Below are positions 35,521-53,100 of a stretch of DNA of 64,000 nucleotides, piece by piece. Position 1 is the first letter of the stretch, and each line of letters starts with the position of its first letter. The notes under the pieces are model-generated. The model did not search any database. It saw only the letters and a program-made list of their open reading frames with translations, and had not been told where the DNA came from. Both the position numbers and the translations under genes were made by a program. This DNA is from TPA_inf: Saccharomyces (Eukaryota), in contig BK006941.2 in the NCBI GenBank assembly GCA_000146045.2, forward strand, positions 512,001 through 576,000. The letters are read 5' to 3'.

Positions 35521-36251
35521 CTTGCCGTAGCACATGACATACGGACTATTGTGTGAGTGGTGATGGGGTGTAGGCAGTGCCACACCAGTTTAAAGGCCTA
35601 GTAACGGCAAATCGCCAAAAGAGATGATGCTGATGCATACGATAAGATCGTCAGTTTCACGTTCGCGGTTCGAACATGGAATTGTGGCTAAAGAAATTTG
35701 GGCGGTATGATGCAAATGAGGTGTACGTATGTATATATAGCAAAGAGTAGAATAAAATGAGATAAAGCCTCGTTCGTTCTCTCCATTTCTTCCCTGTTTC
35801 TCCTTTATTTTCTCTACTGCTTATTTCGAGTTCACCAGAGAACAAGAGAGCAGGAACGCAAAGAGTGTGTGACACGAAATTCAAGATACAAAAATAAAAG
35901 CTTACGTTGTGTATTTCAACTGGTGTGCTAAGAATAGAGTTTCATAAAGTACTGCATTTATTCATATATTATTTTTGTTATTTGTATATATACTTCACAC
36001 TTAGAGTTCTACTAAAAGTCTACCCAGCACGCATCCTTCGTTTATTTTTACATCTCTCTTTTGCTTTTCCTTTTTTTTTTTGGTGCTTGCTAGATACTAC
36101 TGAAGATCAAAGGTTACAAAGAACGCCGCATATATTTTCTGCAGGCATATTAAAGAAGTTACAAAAGGATTAATCGAAGCGCTGTTTGGATACACTCCTG
36201 TAAAGAGAAGAAAAGGAAAAAAATAAAAAGTGGACAATAAATAATTATTAA

Positions 36252-41951
<5,700 letters not shown>

Positions 41952-42247
41952 TTTTTTTAGTTTACAATCTATTTTTGTTTCTAAGCAAGTTTATCACGCA
42001 AATACATAAGTATATTTTTACTTTCTATTCTTCCTAGTTTATATTTATTTCATTGTAACTTTCTTAGAAGCTCGGTCCTCTCGCTATATAGTAGGATCTG
42101 CAACATATTTGGATGTGGGTGGGCGTTCTCCTTCTTTTTTAGATGTAAGGTCCAACACGTATAACAGGTGATACACATAGAAAGACACGTGGAAATAACA
42201 GTCATTTACGAATATTTAAAACCTGAGCAACTCCGTCAAATTTGATC

Positions 42248-42967
42248 TTAATCTTTTCTGGGGCCCCATCTAATTCCCAGAAAGCCCTTCGAATTAGAAA
42301 CCGGATGCAATTTTGGCTTGATCAAATAGTAACGCTTCTCTCCGGGAACATCAACGTACATGTTGATAAAGTCAGGTTGATAATTCTGTTTGGATTCTTT
42401 AGCCTCTAAGTGAACCAACGCTATTTTCTTTTTGGATTCAACGTGGAATCTCATATAGTGATGTGTCCTACCTTCTTTATCTAATTTTTTGGTAGATACT
42501 ATAGGCCTGTTTCTTGTCCATTTGTCATTCGTTATAAGCTCACCGTACGCTTTCAATCTTTCTTTTCCCGTAATGCCATCGTCGCACTGTAACAAACTTC
42601 TTATATCTTTGTTTTTCTCTACCATAGAAACTGCTCTGTTGAAAAGCTGTGTATCACCTGAAGGCGAAAATAGTTCTGAAAGAATTAGGTAAATAACAAT
42701 AGCAGATATACCAACAGCTCCTATCACAAGTATGCCAGAAAAGGTGAACGTAGAAGCGGATTTTACTTGAGGCCATAATGGCTTAGGTTTATTCCTAGTC
42801 TTGTCATCCTTCTTTCCTGATGTTGCGCCGGTGCCATTACTATATAATCTTGTTCTAAGCAGTGACGTATGAGTTATTACCGATGAGTTCACGAAAGTAT
42901 TATATCGTGGAAACAAAGGCTTTCTATGTCCTAAACGGAGTAAAGACCTAGGCAAACTTGAGCTCAT
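42248..42967 (-). CDS. TIM21: TIM23 translocase subunit Tim21, 239 aa
   Basis: 239-aa ORF with a presequence, one TM helix and an IMS domain; matches Tim21. Confidence 0.85.
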   Translation of the reverse strand: MSSSLPRSLLRLGHRKPLFPRYNTFVNSSVITHTSLLRTRLYSNGTGATSGKKDDKTRNKPKPLWPQVKSASTFTFSGILVIGAVGISAIVIYLILSELFSPSGDTQLFNRAVSMVEKNKDIRSLLQCDDGITGKERLKAYGELITNDKWTRNRPIVSTKKLDKEGRTHHYMRFHVESKKKIALVHLEAKESKQNYQPDFINMYVDVPGEKRYYLIKPKLHPVSNSKGFLGIRWGPRKD

Positions 42968-43497
42968 TGTTTAAACTTGGAGTCAGGAAAATAATATACG
43001 AATGATTTTACCAACCTGATATCTAAAATTAAATTTAGAACTATAACCTGCTGTCACTGGCGGAAAAATACGCCCTCAGGTTTGACCTAGTAGAGCTGAA
43101 CATCTTTTCACTGCTTTCTGTATCCTTTATTTATTGGAGCTTCCGAAACTTCCCAAGAAAAGTGAAGAAAAAACCAGGAAAATCAAAAGACATGACGCAT
43201 ATAATGTACACCTTTTTTTTTTCGCGGCCAAAAATTTAACCTACTCATCTAGATCAGTGGTTGGTAGAGCAGTATTCCGTCATTTTTCATGTCCAGGTTC
43301 GAAGCTGACCTGGTATTATCCGGTTTTTTTTCTTGTTGACCAATAGGAAAAAAAAAAATTAAAATAAAGTCACAGAAATTCAATGAATATTATAAATTTT
43401 TCTTGTTTGTTTCCCTAGTTGTTATTTTTATAAAAAAAATTCTTGTAGACAATAAAATAAGAAATGCCCATTTTGTAACTTAGCGAAAGATGCCCAG

Positions 43498-43522
43498 TAC
43501 ATCCCTTTTACACCCGTGCATT
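43498..43522 (+). promoter_or_regulatory. Tandem Rap1-like sites (ACAYCCRTRCAT) in the RPL26B promoter
   Basis: gtACATCCCTTTTACACCCGTGCATT lies about 290-315 bp upstream of the RPL26B ATG, the usual Rap1 position for ribosomal protein genes. Confidence 0.5.
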
Positions 43523-43811
43523 AAAGGTGTTTGGGTTTAATAGGAGCTTTATCATATCTCTTTGATTTTTTTTCTGCTGTCCTCGGCTTGAGGGACTCAC
43601 AGAGATCTGGAAATTTTCAGATTGTCAGTGCTTAGGATGGGTTGTCAGTAGACGGTGGCCGCCGTGGATGGGAAATCTCATACGTTTACACACATAGTGT
43701 TTGGAAATTAATAGTAGCAATAGCTATCTGGCTACTGTTTTAAAGTATTAGCCCGTTCTCAGTGCTTCTTTTTTAAGGAATAACAACGGCAAGACCAAAG
43801 ATATATCAAAT

Positions 43812-43980
43812 ATGGCTAAGCAATCTCTAGGTATGTTTGGAGGATACGAATAACGATAGAAAACATGAGTGAATTTCCGTCCACGAAAAAATGTTAACAT
43901 AAAATGCAAGAGAACAATTAATCGAATAATGTTAAATTATTGTAAAACAATGTGTATGATGAGGAGGAATGTACCTAAGC

Positions 43981-44014
<34 letters not shown>

Positions 44015-44672
44015 AACAGCTTTTGCATATTCAATCCAGGCATAGGGCGACTATTTAGCACTCAACGATTTTTAAGCTTGTGTATTGCTGACATAAATTC
44101 CGGCTTTAGAATCCAATATTGAAAAACGTGAGTACGCAGAGGAGATAGAAGAAAAGTAGGAAGTTACCGTTTATATTGATTTGTGAAATGCATACTCCGT
44201 TGGATGTGGGGCAACATAGATTTAAGTGTGGATGAAAATTATGTGCTCATTGTGAAAAAAAAGTTTTGCTTTTACTAACAAATTTTTTTATTATTTGTTT
44301 TCAATAGACGTTTCCTCTGACAGAAGAAAGGCCAGAAAGGCTTATTTCACTGCTCCATCCTCTGAACGTCGTGTTTTGTTATCTGCTCCATTATCCAAGG
44401 AATTGAGAGCTCAATATGGTATCAAGGCTTTGCCAATCAGAAGAGACGATGAAGTCTTGGTTGTTCGTGGTTCCAAGAAGGGTCAAGAAGGTAAGATTTC
44501 ATCTGTTTACAGATTGAAGTTTGCTGTTCAAGTTGACAAGGTCACCAAGGAAAAGGTCAACGGTGCTTCCGTTCCAATTAACTTGCACCCATCCAAGCTT
44601 GTTATCACTAAGTTACACTTGGACAAGGACAGAAAGGCTTTGATCCAAAGAAAGGGTGGTAAATTGGAATAA
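43812..44672 (+). CDS. RPL26B: Ribosomal protein L26 (uL24), 127 aa, two exons: 43812-43830 and 44308-44672
   Basis: Exon 1, ATGGCTAAGCAATCTCTAG, is followed by GTATGT. The 477-nt intron has the TACTAAC branch point at about 44275 and the 3' splice site aatAG at 44306-44307. Exon 2 encodes [50 protein letters not shown]... Confidence 0.9.
43831..44307 (+). other. RPL26B intron, containing a 31-nt poly(A) tract at 43982-44012
   Basis: Consensus yeast splice signals (GTATGT, TACTAAC, AG). Confidence 0.85.
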
Positions 44673-45071
44673 ACTAGCTCGACTTTAACATAGATCATAC
44701 AAAAAATACAATAAATAAATCCTGTGTTTCTTTTATGTATATTTTTTATCAATTTCAATTTAGTTTAGTTTAGTTTCTTTAAAAATAAAATTGTAATTTC
44801 TCACATTCTGCCTTCGGGTCTCAAGGGCTGGTTGGTAGACGAATGCGCTTGTTTCTAGCTGAGCGGCAGATGCATGAATTCAATGCAAGAAAATGAGAAA
44901 ACTTCCAATATTAAAATGTGATTGTTAATTATTAGTATATTTATGACAATATATATATGTACATAGGGTGATTATGAAGATGAGTAAGATGCGAATGGAT
45001 ATGAGGATATGAATCTTTTTAGAGACAATGAAGATGCAAAGAAGTAGTTAAGCACATTGACCTCAGGGTTG

Positions 45072-45422
45072 CTATATGCTACTTTTAGTCCGTTGGATTT
45101 CTGAAGCAGTATTGGCCACAAAAATTTCTTCATTATTTCTACGATTAGAGTTTCTTCTGGATTTTTCTCGTCCCTGAGACTTACTCCTTTTCAAGTCATT
45201 TTCAGCAGCAGCTTTGATTAAATCATATCTTGTGATTTTACTTGGAGAGCTATTGTGATGGGAACTTTGTCTGCATGTGACTGTATTAGTCAGAGATGTT
45301 ATGGGCTTAACCATAAGGGAAGAAACTATGGCACGCATGAATGAATTACTGCTTTTACTGCTGTCATCTGTTGAGTTTGCTGAGTCTTCCGTTCTTGTAG
45401 TCTTGGCTGGTGTGAGTAACAT
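45072..45422 (-). CDS. Small Ser-rich protein of unknown function (YGR035C), 116 aa
   Basis: 116-aa ORF; position matches YGR035C. Confidence 0.55.
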   Translation of the reverse strand: MLLTPAKTTRTEDSANSTDDSSKSSNSFMRAIVSSLMVKPITSLTNTVTCRQSSHHNSSPSKITRYDLIKAAAENDLKRSKSQGREKSRRNSNRRNNEEIFVANTASEIQRTKSSI

Positions 45423-46148
45423 TACGTATTGTTTCTGTAGAGAAGATAACTTATAACTTCCGTCTTGTCACTAGTTGTTTTAATTATATGTTTGTTACAA
45501 GTTTTTATGTATAGATATATGTTACAACTTTTAGAAGTATTGTGGACATAACAGAGAGAAGGGAATGTTGCTATATTTATATATTTTATATATTGCCCTC
45601 AAAACTGTATCTCATCTTTTTTTCTGCAATCCTTGCTTTCGTAATCTAAGTGTGGGTGACATGCTAAATCCGCGGCTTTCCTTAAGCTTTTTCACAAACC
45701 ATCTATTATGTCCAGAAGCTCCGCTGATTATCCGTGGAAAAGGGTCTTATTCTGCCGTAGGAAACTTCTTCTCGAGAAAAAAGTGAGTTCACCCGCGGCG
45801 CTCTCGTAAAACCCGAGGGCCGATTCTTTCCCTCCGTGGAACAATCGGCCCCGCGGCGTCAGAGGGTATTATCTCCGCAAGTGATAGAACTCACATTTAT
45901 TCTACGTTCTGCATGGTTTTGATTATCTTCTTTTGCACGATGTCACATACTTTTTCGATTACCGTCGCTTTACACAGTAACTGTTTAAAACGAGCGTTCT
46001 TAATTAATAACTGTAGGAGAGCAGGCTTTCGGCTTTCTTTATGAGAAATAAGGACTACTCCAGCTTGCCAAGTTTTATCCAGTTACACAAACGCTCAAGA
46101 TCGCCTCGCTAAAATAGATGAAAAAATAAGAAAAATGAAATGTTCAAC

Positions 46149-46868
46149 CTAATCCCTTTTGGATTTATCATTGAAAGATCGCTGATTTATTCTTTTCCAA
46201 TACGCCTCGTAATTCTCTTTCAATGTCAAAGGCGCCAGATTGTAAGAATCTGTCATGTAAAATAATCTGACAATACGTAGTTTTAAAAACCAATTGATTA
46301 AACCAAGCTCTCTTATGATGCCAACTATAAAAAAATAAAGTGATCCAGTCAGTGCCCCCACGCTGAATCCCACGATTACTTGATCTAAATTGTGGTAGTG
46401 CAAGTAAACTCTGGAAAAGCAAACGCAAAACGATAATAAAGCCAATGCACCAGAAAAAATGCATTTTTCTAAGAAGTTTAGATTCTTCCAGGAAGTGTAT
46501 ATCTTCAGAGAGTTATAGGTAAAACAAAACCCCATGAATTGGGAGTGTGCACTGGGCATCCCGTAACCGGATCTTATAGTGTCATTTTGGAACGACGCAC
46601 CGAACGATACGGGGCGTGGCTGTTTTATTATATTCTTGATCACGTTATTGAATATTTCGTTCATCAATTGGCCAAAGGCTACAATGCAGGCTTCTAACTC
46701 TCTTGTGATGATAAACCACGACAAATAAAAAGCTAGCACTAGGATGGGCATCAGCGAGAAATATGCACTAAGGAATGATAGAAAGTCATGCGAATCATAG
46801 AGAATGTATGTGTCATCGAATGGTATAACATTTGGATTTGGATTTATTGCAGCGGCGGTACTATTCAT
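46149..46868 (-). CDS. CAX4: Dolichyl-pyrophosphate phosphatase (PAP2 family), 239 aa
   Basis: 239-aa membrane ORF with PAP2 phosphatase motifs (KxxxxxxRP, PSAHS, SRxxxxxHxxxD); matches CAX4/CWH8. Confidence 0.85.
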   Translation of the reverse strand: MNSTAAAINPNPNVIPFDDTYILYDSHDFLSFLSAYFSLMPILVLAFYLSWFIITRELEACIVAFGQLMNEIFNNVIKNIIKQPRPVSFGASFQNDTIRSGYGMPSAHSQFMGFCFTYNSLKIYTSWKNLNFLEKCIFSGALALLSFCVCFSRVYLHYHNLDQVIVGFSVGALTGSLYFFIVGIIRELGLINWFLKLRIVRLFYMTDSYNLAPLTLKENYEAYWKRINQRSFNDKSKRD

Positions 46869-47730
46869 GATATGATCCGATTCAAAACAAATTTTGATGT
46901 AGATAAAATGCCTGGTATAATGAGTGGTAGAGAAGAAAATTAGACGAAAAGAATGAGAACGAAGAAATGATTTAAAGTGATCACAGTGGCAATCACTTTC
47001 CCCTTTTTAACGCGTGTTGAGCAATCGATTGATGTCTCTACCATATGTAGCATTTTCTCAGAAGGCAAACTTTTCTTTTTCTTTCTACTTTTCCAACAAG
47101 AAATTTTAAGTTTTCCCAGAAACCCGAATTCTCCTATTTCATCCACCACGTAAGAACGGTTTTCTTCCTGGCGTAATTAAAAGCATAAAGAAAAACTGAA
47201 CAAGCTCTAGATGTAGATCAGGGTATACATGGTGCGCTTCAGTAAGTGTACTGTACCACTAGTTTGGCGTCTGTCACTTGAATTGCGGATTTGTGTAGAG
47301 CAATGAAAGCGCTGCTTCTGCCGCCATCAAAAAAAACTGAGTAGTTATTAAAGCCTATGTATGACAATATAAAAATGTATACAGATCAGTCTGTATATAA
47401 ATCATGAAAATATCTTTAAAAATTTCAAGAGCGTGTTTCCGCTAAACCTTGTCATATTCAACACAAATCAGTATCATTCTCGGCGTAAATTACATGCGAA
47501 TCTCCCTAATTGTGATTCAATATTCCAGCGAACCCCGAGAATTTAAATAGAACAGAGTATATGCATTTATTAACAGTTATTACGCCTTGTCCCCAGGGAG
47601 AGTAGTAAGGGATATGGGCATTTATAAATGTACATAAGTCACGTTTTTGCAGCCAATAAAATATAATAATAGAATAGTAACAAGGAAAGCTAGGCCAAAA
47701 CTCCTTACATGGAGCTAGTATACCCCTTTT

Positions 47731-47994
47731 CTAAGAGGAGTACTTGGCAATCAGTTGATCAACAAGGGCAATGTATTCCTTTTCGGCATCTTCCTGGGAT
47801 TTACCTTTTAAGTTTTCCCAGGCTTCCCACTTGTAGCGGTCCTTCATGTTGAAAATACCAGGCTTTTCCTTGTCGTTGTCACCTACAGTGGCTTGCTTGT
47901 ACAGAGCATACAATTCTAATAATTCATCAGTGGAGGGCTTCGTTGGTAGCTCGTTGACGGCTTTAGCTTTTTCTTCGAATAATTGGGAAACCAT
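47731..47994 (-). CDS. ACB1: Acyl-CoA-binding protein, 87 aa
   Basis: The 87-aa ORF MVSQLFEEKAKAVNELPTKPSTDELLELYALYKQATVGDN... is the canonical ACBP. Confidence 0.95.
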   Translation of the reverse strand: MVSQLFEEKAKAVNELPTKPSTDELLELYALYKQATVGDNDKEKPGIFNMKDRYKWEAWENLKGKSQEDAEKEYIALVDQLIAKYSS

Positions 47995-48681
47995 TTTGCT
48001 GAAAACACTAGTTTAACTAATTTTAGAGTTTTAGTCTTCCTTCTTTTGCTTCACACAGTGAAATGATGTACATAACGTACTTGCTTCCGAGACAGACCAA
48101 TTGATCCAAGCTAGCTATATATATGGCGGTCATTGGGGAGTTGGCCTGGAGCTGTTGAGTTTGCGGACGTGTCAGAGAGCGCGTAGGGCCGCCAGCGCCA
48201 CCTGTCTTCAGGCACCAAGGCCGTAATCTCTTCCGACGGTCATTTTTTAATGGAATGTTTCAATACGAGAGTTTGTGGCATGTAGTTTAGGAACGGATTA
48301 TAGAGAATAGTCGAAATATGTTTAGTCCCTACACAAATTGCTAGACTACCTGTTTCGAGTTTCCTCTATTCCTTTGCTAACGGAGCTGCGGTATATAAAC
48401 CATCGTAGACTCAAAGCCGTTACCCGACAACTATCGGGTATAGTGAAATGCCTATGTTTTCACTTTAAGACCTTAGAAAACTATCATGAGATCTCGCCTT
48501 CAGATGCAGATATTTCAGTGGATTCACGAAACAAGAAAAATTCACTGATCGATAACATCTTCCTTTGCTTGATATTCCCTTTTTGAATTTCCCTAACTAC
48601 CTTTTGTTGTTTACCACATATTCTCTAAAAAGCAGAGTTATTCTTATTTTGTATTTCATTGCATTTTTATCCATTTAGTTA

Positions 48682-49350
48682 ATGACCGAATTAGATTATC
48701 AAGGAACTGCTGAGGCGGCTTCTACCTCGTATAGTCGAAATCAAACGGACCTTAAGCCGTTTCCTTCTGCAGGCAGTGCATCTTCATCAATTAAAACGAC
48801 GGAACCTGTGAAAGATCATAGAAGAAGGCGTTCTTCCAGCATAATTTCACATGTGGAACCGGAGACTTTTGAAGATGAAAATGACCAGCAACTTCTACCA
48901 AATATGAATGCTACTTGGGTAGACCAACGCGGCGCTTGGATTATTCATGTGGTCATTATCATACTGCTGAAACTATTTTATAATTTATTTCCTGGTGTTA
49001 CCACAGAATGGTCGTGGACTCTGACTAATATGACATATGTTATTGGGTCCTATGTCATGTTCCATCTGATTAAGGGTACCCCTTTCGATTTCAATGGTGG
49101 TGCTTATGACAACTTGACGATGTGGGAACAAATTGACGACGAGACTTTATATACTCCTTCAAGAAAATTTTTGATTAGTGTCCCGATCGCCCTATTCTTA
49201 GTTAGTACTCATTATGCTCACTATGATTTGAAATTGTTTTCATGGAATTGTTTTTTGACAACCTTTGGTGCTGTTGTCCCAAAGTTACCTGTTACTCATA
49301 GATTAAGGATTTCTATCCCAGGTATCACAGGTCGCGCCCAAATTAGTTGA
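48682..49350 (+). CDS. ORM1: ORMDL-family regulator of serine palmitoyltransferase, 222 aa
   Basis: 222-aa ORF with an N-terminal Ser-rich phosphoregulatory region and a conserved ORMDL membrane core. Confidence 0.9.
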   Translation: MTELDYQGTAEAASTSYSRNQTDLKPFPSAGSASSSIKTTEPVKDHRRRRSSSIISHVEPETFEDENDQQLLPNMNATWVDQRGAWIIHVVIIILLKLFYNLFPGVTTEWSWTLTNMTYVIGSYVMFHLIKGTPFDFNGGAYDNLTMWEQIDDETLYTPSRKFLISVPIALFLVSTHYAHYDLKLFSWNCFLTTFGAVVPKLPVTHRLRISIPGITGRAQIS

Positions 49351-49661
49351 ACATAGTTTATTTCAATCTTGTATCTAGATGTTTTTGCTATATTTATATT
49401 TTCTGGGCCAAATCACTAACGCTTTGAAATTTCAAAAGCCAACAACGGATTTCGGACTTCATTTATGTAAATGAAAAAGAATGTGAACAAAAATTGAAAA
49501 AATTCCATATTAATGCACCTTCTAAACCTATTTGTTGAAATTGTATTTAATTCATATAATCATATTCTATTCAAAAAGAATAACAGATAGTATTAGCACT
49601 ATTTCACGTACTGCTTCTAATACTATTATCACAAAATAGACATCGGAAAACTCAAAAATAA

Positions 49662-49743
49662 CGACAACTGCAGGACTCGAACCTGCGCGGGCAAAGCCCA
49701 AAAGATTTCTAATCTTTCGCCTTAACCACTCGGCCAAGTTGCC
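49662..49743 (-). tRNA. tS(AGA): tRNA-Ser (anticodon AGA), 82 nt with long variable arm
   Basis: The reverse complement, ggcaacttggccgagtggttaaggcgaaagattagaaatcttttgggctttgcccgcgcaggttcgagtcctgcagttgtcg, matches yeast tRNA-Ser(AGA). Confidence 0.95.
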
Positions 49744-50198
49744 AATGTATACATTGCTGTTTCCTGGTTTGAAGAAGCTAATCGTGCACGTAAACAACAA
49801 TCTATACTACAAGTAAAAAAATGGGGAAAAAGATGCTGAAGGTGAGATATATGTGGGTAATTAGATAATTGTTGGGATTCCATTGTTGATAAAGGCTATA
49901 ATATTAGGTATACAGAATATACTAGAAGTTCTCCTCGAGGATTTAGGAATCCATAAAAGGGAATCTGCAATTCTACACAATTCTATAAATATTATTATCA
50001 TCGTTTTATATGTTAATATTCATTGATCCTATTACATTATCAATCCTTGCGTTTCAGCTTCCACTAATTTAGATGACTATTTCTCATCATTTGCGTCATC
50101 TTCTAACACCGTATATGATAATATACTAGTAATGTAAATACTAGTTAGTAGATGATAGTTGATTTCTATTCCAACATACCACCCATAATGTAATAGAT

Positions 50199-53100
50199 CT
50201 AATGAATCCATTTGTTAGTTAATAGTTTAAATGTTTTTATCGGAAGAGGTTTTGTCATCACATCAGCAATGTTCTTCTTGGTCTCGATGTAGTATACGTA
50301 TAGATTATTACCTGATACTTCATCTCTAAGTCTCATTGCCTTTGTGCCAAAAAATCTGTTTCTAAATTTCTCTTCATTTGTAGACTTAATTATACTGATC
50401 GTTGATCTACTATCAGTAAGTAAGCCTTTAATAATTGGTTTCTTGTTAAGTTCTTGCACAAGGTGACTGAGGTTATTCAATAGCGGAATAGCTTCACTGA
50501 CTGCGTGTATTTCTGCTTCTGTAGTTGAAGTGCATGTTAACGAAGCCTTTGTCGACTTTCCTCCAATCACTTTTCCGTTGAGTAGGAAAATGTTACCAAT
50601 TTGTGACTTGTAATATGGTTGGTTACCATATGAAGCATCGCTTATTGCGACTAGTTTATTATCTGGCTCGGTAGGTTTGTTTTTGTGCCATATCAGTTGT
50701 TTATCTCTAGTGTCCCACATGAATTGTATTAACTCATATGTCATGTCTAAAACTTGCCTAGAGGGGAATAGTATATGTTGAGCAAGTGTGTTGATGTAGT
50801 ATAGTAAGTCAAATCTAAATTTATATCCAACATATGAAGCTAGACCAATCAACTTTTGCATTTCATGTACCTTCTCTTTGTATTCATCTTCATCTATTTC
50901 TAGTTCATCCTGGTCTATATAAAGACCTGGTTGACCTGGAGCGCTAAGTTTTCTTCCTTTTGGATTCAAAGGTACGTTTAATTTGGGTATTTTCTCAGTT
51001 AATGAGTTTTCCATACCTAATTTCATGTATTTACCTCTTTGATATTTGATTTCTAAGCCAAGTATGTCGTACTGAATTTCGTTATCACTTTCACCCAGAT
51101 TTATTATCTTTGTATCGTATTGTTTCTTGAGTGTTGTTATGATTTTCTTATTTGCATTTAAGTCTTTGCTGAACAATATCATATCATCAACGAATAAGCA
51201 AATTGTTACTTGACTATTCTTAAATACGCATGACCATCCACGAACTTCTTCCATACCACACTGTTTTATCAGGTATGATTTGATAGTTTCGTACCAGTTC
51301 GCTCCACTTTGTTTCAATCCATAAAGTGATTTCTTCAAACGTATCAACTTATCATTCATTCCTAAATGTGGTGGAGGTCTTATGTATAATTCTTCTTTGA
51401 TGTCTGCATACAAATATGCCGAAGATATGTCTAATTGTGTAATATAGTAGTTATTGTCTAATGCAAGTGACAGGGATGTCATTAATGCATAGTGATGTAC
51501 GGTATTGGATTGCATGCCTGAGTCGTAAGTGTCAGGATGCTGAATATCACCTCTTGCAACAAATCTAGCTTTATGAGTACCGTCACGTTTCCTGTTGAAG
51601 ATAAACATTGAATTTATTACTCTTTTAGGGTCTATTTCTTTTCTGTCATAATATTTGTCAGTGTCCCAAGTATTCATTTTCAATAGTTGGTTGACTTCTT
51701 TGTGGTATGCTTCGATATATTTTTCCTTTTCTTTAATATCTTTATTATAGGTGATTGCCTCATCGTATCTTAAGGTTGTCCGTATTGGTTTGATTGATTT
51801 TACTGCTTTTACAGCTGCAATCAGGTGAATTCGTTTCTTCGATCTCGGAGGTTCTAAACTACGCATATTCTTAGTATTCCATGTGTCTCGTGATACCTTA
51901 ATTTCAGTTTCATTATCTTCTAATGATCTTTTCTTACTGTTGATAGTAGTATAGGCATTAGAGTCACCAATACCACCCAAACTGGAATTAGTTTGATGAG
52001 AATTTATCGGTGGGAGTTCTTTAAATGGGTCAGGGAATTCGGTAGGAGATTCTGGAGGTAGATCAGGGAGTGGGAGATCAGCGATGATAGATTCCTCGGT
52101 ATTCTGTTCAGAAACAGTAGTTGGCGTTTTGATAGGAACAATATTGTGCGATGAATTATTTTCCGGTGGAGAAGCATCGATTGAAGGTGAACGGTGTATA
52201 ATCCTTTTCTCAGTCTCTTGGTCACTTATCTGCGGAACAGTTTTGTTGTTGGTACCACCCGTACTGGATATTGGTACGTTTGTATGATTAGTCTCATTTT
52301 CACTGTACGAGTCTGAGTGTCTGAAATCTTTAGATTTACTGGCGTGCGACGACTCATGTGTGTTAGATTGGGACATGGGAGCAAGTAAAGGAACATTTAA
52401 TTTATGCATACCACCCGAACCGGTACTCTCGATATTGGAAATTTGGGGGGTGCTAGATCTCTTCTTTGATGGAAGAATATTAGATTCAGATATGTTGGGG
52501 TCAACTTCTCTGGGTGCGCGAATATTGGTTTTAGAAACACGTTTCGAATCTTCAGTATGAGTTGACGGAGGTGTGGAATCGGTTGGACTCACAGCTTTTG
52601 AAAGGACATTTCTCGGTTGCTCAGGATGTAGTTCAATGTCGGATTGGAAGTCATGGTCAGATTCTATGTTAAGATCATTGGATTCTTGGATCTCATTTGA
52701 CGCAATGAACGAATGATATGAAGCAGTTAAACGGTTTAAGTCTTCATCGAAAGTGAGTGCGTCGTAATTGAATTGATCTAATCTGGATTCCTTGCCCTGA
52801 AGAATAACATAGTTAGTTGTATCTACTGTCTTCTTTAAGGATGGAAGATAGATGATATATCCATAAGAGTTTCGAGACGGATGTAGAGCGTAGCCTGGGA
52901 TGCCACGAGGATGTATTTTGGAGTTAGGGTTGTGATCATTGACGATAACAGGTTGACCGAAAGGTAACAAAGTACTGATATCAAGTCCTGCCAAGCCAGC
53001 ATGTTGTCTTGCAGATTTTTTGCTTTTAGGTGAAGCTAGTGAATTTCTCACAATAGTAGAAAATTCGATTGCAGAGAACCATAAATGGTTCGGTAAACCA

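Noticed and set aside
34809-35583. Minus-strand ORFs of 163 aa and 96 aa overlapping the 3' half of IMO32
   Set aside because: They are antisense to a well-supported hydrolase gene and have no recognisable motifs. They may correspond to an annotated dubious ORF, but the sequence gives no support for a real gene.
43134-43346. 70-aa plus-strand ORF between TIM21 and RPL26B
   Set aside because: It is short and has no domain. It overlaps the tRNA-like/hairpin remnant and the RPL26B promoter region, so it is most likely non-coding.
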